Assembly (NCBI GenBank): GCA_905178155.1
Contig: CAJINV010000004.1
Coordinates: 11,205,655 to 11,269,654, forward strand
Length of the DNA: 64,000 nucleotides
Direction of reading: 5' to 3'
Origin: Amoebophrya sp. A120
Lineage: Eukaryota; Protista; Dinoflagellata
Shown here: positions 51,857 through 62,452 of the stretch, one piece after another
Layout of the letters: each line of letters begins with the position of its first letter
Position numbering within the stretch: the stretch's first letter is position 1
Made by a program: the position numbers and the translations under genes
Notes under the pieces: model-generated
Database searches by the model: none
Told to the model about the DNA's origin: nothing
What the model saw: only the letters and a program-made list of their open reading frames with translations

Positions 51857-53300
51857 TTAATGGTGATGATGACTGCATTCCTCGGTCACGGTCGTGCCCA
51901 TGAAGGGCAGGTTGCCGGTCCAGCGGGCCTTCCGCCAGTTTTGCGGCTCGCCCTTGGCGGAGCCCGACATGGTTTTCGTGACTGGGTCCACAACCAATTC
52001 GTAGTTGCCGTACTTCTCCCAAAAGATGCTCAACTTGTTGTCGCCCTCCAGCTCCCAGTGCGCGTGCGCGGGGAACTGGTGGCACTGGAAGTGGTTGTAG
52101 CCGTCGCACTTGAAGACGATGGGAAACTTATGGATTGCAAAAGTGTCTGGGTCTGGAAGTGTCATGCTGCTTTTGCATGACACAGAAGGTCTAGCATGGA
52201 AGCTTTAGCATCACACGTTTCGAGAAGCTTCCGCAATGCGGAATCCGCATGACAAATGCCCCATTTTGGTGACAGAAAGTGGGCAGCTTTTGCTGCCTAT
52301 GCATGACAGATTTTTCTGTGTTGTGAAATGCGCATCACAAGTTGCATCCTTCCAGACCCAGACATATTTGCAATCCATAAAACTCGCCCTTCTCCCACTG
52401 CAGCATCCACTCACTGCCCGCGCCCTCGCCGAACAGGGCGAGTTCCACGGGGGAGAACGGCCGTTTGAACTGCGCCTTGCGCCAGTCCTGCTCTTTGGTA
52501 TGGAACTCTCAAGCGTTACATTCTCAACTGTTACATGATTTGTCATGCAAATTTAAGTACCACCAAGATCGCCGCGATCAAGCTGCTTCGCATGGCAAAT
52601 CTACGAAGGGCTAAACAGCATCGAAATCTGTGCCAAATCTGTAATGCAAAAGGCGCAATCTTCGCCCTTTCTTTTCACTTTTGCCGTTCTTGCATGACAA
52701 ATTTATGTAACAGTTGAGAATGTAACATTTGAGAACGCCATACTTGGTCTGCGTCGGGTTGGACACGCACCCCCCGGCCATGGTTTTGTGCGCCGGGTCG
52801 AACTCGAGCTCGTACTGCCCAAACTTCTTGCCCCAGTCAATCTTCACCAGGTATTTCTTTTTCTCCTCGTGGCTGTGTCCGCCACTGCACTTGTGGTCGT
52901 CCCCGCCATGATCGTGGCCCCCGTGTCCGTGGTCGTGGTGCCCCGCAGAGGCACTGCCGCCGTCGTGGTCGTGGCCGCAACCGCCCTCGTGATCGTGCCC
53001 GCAACCGCCCATGTCGTGGTCGCCGTCGTGGTCCTTGTGACCACCGTGGTCGTGTCCATTGGCGTGGCTACTAGTATGGTCGTGATGATCGTGGCCGCCC
53101 GCCTCCTGGTTCTGCACGACCAACTCCCACTTAGACGCCGCTTGGAACTTCGGCGCAAAGAAGTGGCCGCCCGGGCGGAAGCACACCTCGAAGGAACCGC
53201 CAGACCAGGCAAAGTCGTACCAGCCCAGCAGGGACGCGGAGGAATCCTGGGTCGCGTGCGAACACGCGTGGTCGTGGTGGTCGTGGTCGTGCTTGGCCAT
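51857..53300 (-). CDS. His-rich hypothetical protein with two internal Trp-rich repeats
   Basis: After removing two elements, WYDFAWSGGSFEVCF...IDWGKKFGQYEL..DP..KTM.G...DWRKA and WMLQWEKGEFPIVF...IFWEKYGNYEL..DP..KTM.G...NWRKA align; H/D/G tracts. Confidence 0.85.
52129..52379. mobile_element. Introner-like TIR element, family A (251 bp), TSD aaact
   Basis: tatggattgcaaa..tgtctgggtctggaa at both ends; excision gives KGEFPIVFK. Confidence 0.95.
52499..52742. mobile_element. Introner-like TIR element, family C (244 bp), TSD tttgg/cttgg
   Basis: Family C TIR; excision gives PTQTKEQDWRK. Confidence 0.93.
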
Positions 53301-54831
53301 TTTGATTGTCCTTCTTTCGATACGGTCAGGGCGGGAAGGAATGCGAATAGAAAAGATGACTCTGAAGGAGGATAGACGAAAAGGAAAAAGAGAGCAGGAG
53401 GACTAGAGGCAGAATAAGTGTAGTGGTACTGGTAGGCACAGTCAGCGATTTATTAGACAATAAATTGGGTTTTTTATGGGGCTGGTAGAAGAAAAGATTA
53501 AAACGCTACAGAGCTGCGCTCGGAAAAAATCAAACAAGACTGCAATGGACCACATTTTTGGTTTGTATATATAAATTGCAATTCAATGTGAGAGACGACC
53601 TTGACCTTGATGAAGGACTCCTTCGTGGAAGTGTGCGCGCGATCAGATCCTGATCCGGTTAAGCTGGAGACTTGCCCCTTATGCGCTGCGTTCGCCGCGT
53701 TCTCTTTCTTCATTTGATTTGCGGAGAACAAATTCGGATCTACTTTTTGTTTTTCGGGTCTTTGATCATCAATATTTAATTCGAGCACGATTCGTGGTCG
53801 TCAGTAGATCGATGTGACCTTCGCGGCCGCGGCTGTGAAACCTTCATAGTTCAAACGGAGATCTGGATCTGCGTCATCATGCCACGTTCGTCCACCCTGT
53901 GTCGTACTACGCGGGGTTTACTCACTCGATTTTGGTTGCAACTTTCATCTTGGAACTACCGCTACTTCAGGCGAATGCAAAACAAAGAGACACGTCGAAC
54001 AAGAACACGAGTGGGTCGAGAAACAATGAAGAACATTCTCCGAACCCCAGAAAACTTTTGCTCCTGCTGTGTGGTCTGCGAATTTCAAATTTACTGAAAC
54101 AGAAGAACTGAAACTTTACGATACAGCATGGCTATCTTGGTGTTATGCTCGTCCTGTGCTTACTGTTTGGCGGCATTGGCATGCGTCGACTAGAAAATGC
54201 AAATGGCGCTGTGCATGGTGTATGAATATGGCACTGGTATATGATTTCTTCTTCGGGTTGTCACTCCTTTATTTTTAAGGTCACGCCAAAGCACCAAAAT
54301 TTTTCAAGTCAAGGACGACACGGCCCGTCATGCAAGAAAAGCACAACCTCCAAAATGAAAGCGAAACAAAGAACTGCCTCGTACTTGTAGCTACACGTTC
54401 TTACAACTTCAGAAAACATGATGAGATGACGGCAAATCAGAATGCTTAAACCTTATCGACTGAGTCTGGAAGAAAAAACTTTCTATGGAAGTTGATCAAC
54501 CTGGGATCATGAAGCACTTCGGGGACAGCAAAACTATATCGGGATGCTGAGAAAAGATCCCTGGGGTGAGAGCAAGTGCAAAACTACAAGTCCGAATACT
54601 ACACGCACTTCACTTGCAATATCTGGACCTATCGGGGGGAGTCGGGTAAACGTAAATCTAAATTTTGCTACAACAAACAGAAACTTCTAATAAAACATGA
54701 TCATGAAACAAGTATTTAGTACTGTACTCGTCAAACCTATGAAGATAAAAAGCTACCGAGATAGGAGCAGCATCGCGATCGCCGCTTTAGCTATGAACTT
54801 TTTGTTTTTCATCCAGGGGTTTTATCGTCTT

Positions 54832-57800
54832 CTAGTGGTTGTACTCGACGATTCGCGGCGGCGCCAGCCTCGTCAGCATGTTGCTGCTATTCACCGTCAC
54901 CGGCGTCGGGCCAGGAGCAGGAGCAATAGCGCCATTTATTCTGCTTATACCTGCTCCACTCGCCATCGTCGTCAACGTTCCACCTCCCGGCAGCATCGTG
55001 GTGGTGGTGGTGCTCACCGGCTGCATTTGTAGTGCCGGCACAACGACCGAGGCGGGATGAACGAGGGGTGAAGATGTTGACAGTATCATGCCCGCCGGCG
55101 TTGTTGTACAACTAGTAGCTGTTGGTAACTGTCGCAACGGCGAGCCGTTCGCCAGCACGACGGGTTCCTGCTGACTGGTGTCCACCGGGATGCCAACGAA
55201 CAGCTGCGGCGCGATCAGCGGCTTGGCCTGGAACCGCAACTGTCCGACGGCTGGTGACTGCTGTGGTCCGAGGATTGTAGCAGAATTTGTGCCACCTCCG
55301 GTTTTGCTCAGTTGGTCAATAGGTTGTTGCTCATCTTCCCCAGCTGCCATTTCGTCTAAATTTTCGGTCTCATCCTCATCCTCCAAGGCGCTCGGCACCT
55401 GCTGCATGTCCAAAGCCGGGACCAGCTTCTGCGCCCGGCTGTGAAAATTCCTTTTCGACGTAGATTGTTTACTGTTCCTCTTTGCGTTTCCACCGTTTGC
55501 AGTTGCAGTATAATTCACAGGTGAAGGTCGTGCCTGTAGTTCTCTGGGCGCGTCGTCGCAGCGGAACTGCGCAGCTGTGCCCGTCTGGGAGTCTCTATCG
55601 GCGTCGAGCAGCTCGTTGTCCAACACCGTGAGCAGCTTGTCCACCAGCTGCCGGTTCATTTCCGTGTACCGGGTCGCGCCGACGTCCTTGCTCGACGAAT
55701 TTGACAACATCTTCGCACCAGCAGGTTCCTGAATTTGAACTCCACCGGCCGTTCTACTTTCGTAAGACACCACATTGTCTTGTTCCTCAGTCACCGCATA
55801 ATTTTTCTTCTTGCTGTCCAGCGAGCCACTTCTACTGTTCGGACTAGACGACGCAAGGGCTACCTCGTTCTTCTCCTTCGACGCCTTCCTCCGCGACGCC
55901 GCAAGAACGCCAGCCGCTCCGCCGCGGGACCGTGCACGGCCTTTAGTTGTTCGTCCTTTTGCTCCTCCTGGGGCGGATTTCCTTCGAGATAAGTTTCGCT
56001 GTGCCACGACCTGGTCGTTGACCTGCAGGGCGAGGGACGTCAGGTCAACTACTGCGCCGGCTTGTTGCGGTACTAGTTCCTTGTTCCCCCCGTCTTCGAA
56101 ATTTATTTTCCCAGCTCCTGCTGCGGCGCCGGTGCTGGCGCGGGGGCCCTGCATCACAGGTACAACCTCCGAGTTGTCCTCCTCTTCGCCGAGAAGAAGC
56201 CCCACCGACTTCCGGTCGGGCGTAGACGCGCGGTGCTTCGGCACGACGTGGAGCCGGGACTGCGCCCCGGCGAATTTGTTCAGCTTCCACCGTTTGAAGC
56301 GGTCTTGGTGGACGCCCGATGGAAAACTCGATCTGCGGCCGCGCGCTGGGTCGTTATTTTCACTGTCGTCGTTGCTGTGAAGTTGTTGTACTCCTGATTG
56401 TCCTCCGTGGTGCATCAGGTTGCTGTGCGGGTGCTTCTTGTTCCGGTGGGGTTCTTGTCCATGCTGCCCAACACGAGCACCTTGTTGTACTGGGCTGTGG
56501 CTCCTGCTGTTTCGCGTCAACATCCCAAACCCGTCCTCGGCCAGGTTCACCGGACCGCCGCGGGTGAACGGATACCGCGCCGGGTCCTTCGCCCGCATCG
56601 CGCCGGGGGGCATCTGCTGCAGCAACGTCTGCTCGCCTGGCCCGAGGGCAAGATCCGAGCCCACCGCGTAATTTTTCATCGCCGGCACTTGTTCTAGATC
56701 TACTTCCTTGGCCTGCTGCAGTTGCTGCTCTGGCGTCAGGGCCGTAGTACTGTTGAACATCACGCCGACCCGGTTGCTAACGACCCTCCCGGGCGCGAGC
56801 CCGTGTGCGCGGGTGCCGAACCAGGCGGACCGCGGGTGCAGCAGCTGCGGCGCGCTCAGATGAATGTCGTCCACTGAACGCCGCGGCCGGGTGGCGCTGG
56901 CCTGCTTCGCGTTGTGCTTGAACAGCAACTCCCCGGTCGTTGTGGATACCGTGTACTTGACCAGCTCGTCGCTGTTCGCCCCCTCTGCAACCACCGTGTC
57001 GTACGTGGACGCCCACCGCGGCACGTACTTACGGCCCCACTGCTTCGGACTGGCCATTAACGGGTGGAACATTTTCTCTTCATCTTCCCCCGGGATCTCG
57101 TCCGGTTCCAGCAGTCCGAGAAATGTGTCGTCTTTGGACCGCTTCGGCGAACCGACGCCCAGGCCGTTCTGCGCGAGCCGGTCCTGGAGCGGACTGGACG
57201 TGCGGGACTCACTGTAGTTCCTGGGCGGACCTGCTGCACCAGCAGCTCGTCCACCCCCTGCACCCTGCAGTTTCGTCAGCGAATGGTGCTGCTGGTGACT
57301 CCTCCTCTGCCCCGAATGCCGCGGGTGTGCTGCTCCAGTGACGCGGTGGTGTTTGTCTTTATTTCCTGCCGCTTGGAGCTCGTTATTATGGTGGTCACCA
57401 GCGCGATAATGCGGCTGGGGCGGCAGACTGGCTGCGCGGGCTCTGTTCATCGCCCGGTCGTCCGAATCGTCCTGCACTTTGGGAATTTTCTTTAGTGCTA
57501 ACGCCCGCGCGAGGTTCATTCGCTGCTTTAACTCCTGCACTTCGACCTGGGGGCTCACGACGCCCGCGCCCAACGGAAGGTCCGGCGCGTGCAGCATCTG
57601 GACGACCTGCGAGTCCGGCTTCGGCGGCCCGCCGAGCGGGTAGATGGCCGGCACCGGCATCTCGATCAGCGGCTGCCAGGGTGGCAACGTCGGCTGCTGG
57701 GGCGGCTGCTCGTCGGCCACGACATGATCTTCTTGTCCGCGCGGGGTGTGCTGTGGCGTGTGTGCGGCACGGTCTTCGTGATGGGCAGGATCCTTCTTCC

Positions 57801-60800
57801 CGTGCAGCAGGACGTTAGGACCGACTCCATGTGGTTGATGGTGGCTACGTGCTTCTGCGGGTGATGCAGCTCTCCCGTCGTGCTGGTGCGACGCCGGCGG
57901 CACAGGTTCCTTCTTGCCGGTGGCGTTGGTCCCAGACGTTGCTATGCTTGTGCTGCTTTCCAAATCCCCCGCGGTATTGGCGCCGCGGTTACTCATTGTC
58001 GCTACGTTGGCTGCGGGGGCTCCATTAGCTGTAGTTTGCTTACTCCGTGCCTGGCTGTATCGCTTCTTTCCGGCGGCCTTTTTTGCGGACGACGCACCAG
58101 CGGCTGCTCCCGCTTCGTACCGGCTTGGCTGCGAGCTTGCGCGCACCGCAGATCCTTCCTTTATTCCCGCCTTTTTGTTCATCTCGGAGCCGTACAGGTC
58201 TTTGGCCTTGACCACGCGGCTGCCGGGGTTCACGGCGGTCGCGGTGCCGTTTTTCAATTTCAACTTCTCGACGATCACGGTGACGCCAGAAGTCGTGGCC
58301 GCTGAACCGCCCCTTTTCGCGACGGCTTTGCTGTTTTGCTGGTTACTAGTTTCCGTTGTGCTCTTTCTGGCACCCGGACCGGTTGCTGTCTGCCGCTTGC
58401 TCTTCGGACCACCCGTAGTACTAGGTGGTACAACTCCGGCGCGCGGCGTCCTCGCAGAACCGCTTTCCTCGTCGACGGCAGGAGCTCCACCTGCTGCACT
58501 ACTTTTGTAGTTCCGCTTGGAGGCCAGGTTCTCTAGGTATTTCATCTGGCTCTTCCGCGTTTTCCGCGTCACCGCCTTCTTGGGCTGCTGCTGAACCAGC
58601 GGCCCACCGCGGCCCCCATCTTGCTGCATCTCGGCGGTCGACCGGAAGAACTTGCCCACCTCGCGCTCGCTCAAGATGGGCTGCTCCGCTTGCTGCTCCA
58701 CCTCCTCGTGGCTCAGCTCGAATTCGTTCTCCTCCTCGCCGCTGCTGGGATTCATGAGCACCACGGGCGTGAGCGGCAGGGTCGTCAGCTGGCCGCGGAG
58801 TTCGATGGCCCGCTTCTCGAAATTCGCGTTGATCAGGTCCACAAAGTTGGTGAAGGGCAGGATTCCCCGCTTGCTCAGCAGCGGCTGTTCGTCCTCGTCC
58901 TCCCCGGTCCGGTCTACTTCTCCCGGCTCACCGACCCCGTCCACTGCTTCCTCGTCTCGCGGAATCTCCCCTTGCCGCTCCTTCTCTTTGTCTCGCGCCG
59001 TCATCTTGGCCAGCAGCGCCTCTTCCAGCGGCGCTTTGTCCTTCGCCCCCTGCGCTTTCTTCATCCGCGCCAGAAACAGCGCGACCGCAGCAGCCCGCCG
59101 CATCTTCAACTGGTTCGGCCGCGGCGTGGTTTTCGCGGCGTTCGCTGCAGCTACCTCGTCACCCGTTTCAACAACATCTTGGCCCGCCGCGGAGACGCCG
59201 GGTGGCTGCGTCGCCTCGGATTGCCCGTCGACGTCGCTGAAAAGGTTGGGCACCGGCTCAAATTCCTCCAAAATGGTTATTCCCTCGTGGTTTTTGCTCT
59301 TTGTCTTTTCTTCGTCCAGTGGTAATTCATTTGAGTCGTGGTCCACCTGAAGACCCTCCGATGTTTCGTTCAAATTTGGATTCATTTCCTCTTCCTTCGA
59401 AAGTTTTGTTTTCATGCTGTTGTTGCCCTCCTCGTCCTCCCAACCCTCGGGCGGGAACTCGAAGGTTGAGTCCGTTTTCTTCCCGTCGTTCTCCTCGGGC
59501 CGAATCCGCTTGGCCAGGTGGTCCAGCGTCATGCCCCGCAATAATTTGGGCGCGGGGAGTAGTTCCTTCGGCGTAGCCGCGAGATGAACCAAGGGCCCCG
59601 CGGGAGCAGCTGCGCCGTGCTGGGAGGTGGTGGAATTATGATCACGCGCGCTGGTGTCGCTCACTACCGGATGCGGCGTCGCGGAAAAGGTCGGCATTAC
59701 CCAGCTTGACATACGGGAGTTGGTGGGACGGGGACCTGTTGGCAGTGTCGGTGTGGTTTGAATTTCAAAATGATAATTAATGATTCATGCCTATGCAGTA
59801 TAAAATAGAGTCAAAAGTAGATAGCACCAGCAACGGACAACTTCACGAAGGTCACGTCAGTCATCCTCACGTAGAGTATAACCTCCATAATCTCCGATAG
59901 AAAAGTTGTTGCTGCGATTGTGATTTTGATCTGATGAAAAATATAAAAAACGCTACTGTCATTTGAAAGAACAAGCAATCTTCACATTATACCTTCGCTG
60001 CCTGGAGGTCCAGCCACCGCACGACCAGACCCCTTCAGCGCATCTTCCTGTTCCCCTGCAAGAGGTACTACTAGGACGTTATTTCTAGTAGAGGCTGAGG
60101 GTGAAGACGCAGTTCTTTTCGACGACCCCCGGCTGCTCAGCGACCCGTCCACCGGGGGCAAGGCCCGCAAGGGCACCGACTGGGCCCTGCGTCGGTCGGC
60201 TTCTGCTTGGGTTTCTTTCTTCGCTGCCCTCTTTGCTTTCGCGGTTGCGTTTGTCAAAATTTTCGCTGCCTCTCCCGCGGGAACGGCGAGCTGCGGCTGT
60301 TCCTTGTTCATCTTTTTCTTTCCAGGCACTTGTTGCGCAGTTGTTTTTGTTCCGGGGACAGCGCTACTAGCCGCAGCAGTTGCTAGTACCGGTCGTCTCA
60401 AATGGCCCGGAATTTTCTTCTTGCTTGTAGTTCCACCGGACTTGTTGTTCTGCAATTCGTCCGGAAAGAAAAGCAGTGGACCCACGGACTCGGCGGAGTC
60501 GTGCAATAATTGGCTGCTGTCTTTGTGGTCTTCACGTTCTCCCGCGTCGCGGTTTTGCTCATCTTCCGTACTGTGTCCGGCGTAGGAAAAAAAGTCGAAT
60601 TCCAACGCAGCGAGCGTCGGCGCGGGCAGTTGCACGGACAGAAGTTGTGTTGGCGCGCTGGTCGGAGCAGGCGGTGGGGTTCCTGCTAGTACTGCTGAAG
60701 CGACAAGCTCGGGTTGGTCTGTTTTGATTTTTGCAAAATAAAGTACGAATCAGCTGCGTGCGTGCAAGAGCTGCACCTTGTACGATGATCGTTTTGTGTA

Positions 60801-61145
60801 CTGCCAGTACGATCATCAAAAACTCTGGGTTGTTTTTCGAAGTGAACCACTAGTCTACATACAATTACATCACACATCTAGTCTGCGTGCTTGACCTGAT
60901 GAACAAGAAAATCCTAACGCTAAAAAAATTCTACCCTGCAGTTCCTCCTCCACGACCGCCGTCCTCATCCCGTTTCGCCGCGCACGAAAGACTGATTGCC
61001 CAGTGGCGCGCGGACTCAGCATCCTCACGGCCGGTGTCGGATCGTCCAGCGGGGTGACGAGACTGACCTGCTCGGGTGCGTAGCCCGTCACGACAACCGT
61101 CTCCACCGAGAACGAGAGCTCATCCTCGGAAGAGACGCCTGCCAT
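54832..61145 (-). CDS. Large, mostly disordered hypothetical protein (~1950 aa)
   Basis: Three ORFs joined in frame by GT-AG introns 60719-60934 and 59736-59992; 1626-aa terminal ORF; no domain recognised. Confidence 0.75.
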
Positions 61146-62452
61146 GGTCCTCGTGCTCGTCGACACAGAATCAGAATGAAAGAAAAGTAATCTATAGAAA
61201 TCCCTTCTGCTGCTATGCTTCTTCGTAGCTTTTCGATTTCAGGAGCAAAAGGATTGCATCTTCAAAATGCTTCAAGGGTTATAGTTAGTAGTGTGGTTGA
61301 AATGAACGAAAACGGAGTTGGAGATCATACTCACGGTGCTGGGATAATGTTCTGAAGAAGGAGACAGACAGATCATGTTCTGCAAGTTTCATCAAATTAG
61401 CTTATCCTTATCTTCAGTTACGTTACGTACTTGTTGGCAATACTTGACCTACCGGGCTTGAGTTACCTTTTATGAAGCTCGTACGGTGCAGCTTAGGACG
61501 ACTTTGCGAACGAAGTCGAAATGTGAACGATGTTGTCAAGGACGCAGAAAGAACGATGCAACGAAACACGGAGAAGACTGAGATAACCCTACAAGACGCC
61601 GTTGCACGACACTGAGATGTGAACGAAGTCGAAATGGGAACGATGACACGGACGAAAATGCCTCGACCTCGAGGAAAAATGTTTAGGGAAGCATCACCAA
61701 AAGGAAAAAAACGGAGATTACCACCGCAAGGCTTTGAGTCCTTGAGATCAAAAATCACGACAAAATCAAATAAAGTGCTGGCTGAGCGTGCTCGACGTCG
61801 GAAAACCGAGAAGAGGGGGGACGACGGCATTTTCTTTTACAAAATTCTGAACAACTGCACGGTGCTGAGTGGATACTGTGCGAGCAAAACATCACAGACG
61901 AACAAACAAGCGTACATACAGGTACAAACATCTTCAATTAGATCTCGGGTTCGGGAACAACGTGGCGGTTGGTCATGCATAACGACGAGCCTCGGACGAC
62001 GATTCCTTGCATGTCCAGTGTGACGTCGAGCGCAAGTGTTCCGTTTACGAAAGCATGTGAGCACACGCACAACAGCAGCGGCACACGTACGGATGTGTCA
62101 AAACAATATCCCTTCAAAAACGTCAGTCCAGGTGGCAACTCCGGACGAAGAAGTTTTCTTCCACACCGTGCCCCCGACAACGCAGACTGTAAGCAAGAGG
62201 AAAAACAGAACCGCCCCTGCTAGAATATCGATACAGAAAATTGCTTGCGGCAGGATGAGAGAGCTGAAACGCACAGACGGCAACTTCGCCGGTAGTTTTG
62301 TATGTCCGAAGAATAGCGTAGGCCCTCACATGAGCGTGTATCAGTAGCTCTGTAGCGCTTCAGAGGAGTCGAATCGTGCTGACATCTGCTGCTTCTGCAG
62401 AAGCAAATGTCAGCGTAATTCGTATGCAAACATAGCGCATTCATCCACTGTG

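Noticed and set aside
4500-52379. Recurring ORF peptides such as FQTQTFLHLI, LPDPDIF, KNVWVWK and YPVQKYRTR
   Set aside because: Translations of family A and B TIRs, not a protein repeat family
18502-59350. Many long plus-strand ORFs (e.g. 18502-19248, 35082-35873, 58621-59325)
   Set aside because: Antisense shadows of GC3-rich minus-strand exons
61619-62023. Basic plus-strand ORF of 134 aa
   Set aside because: Non-ATG start, opposite to all genes, no recognisable motif
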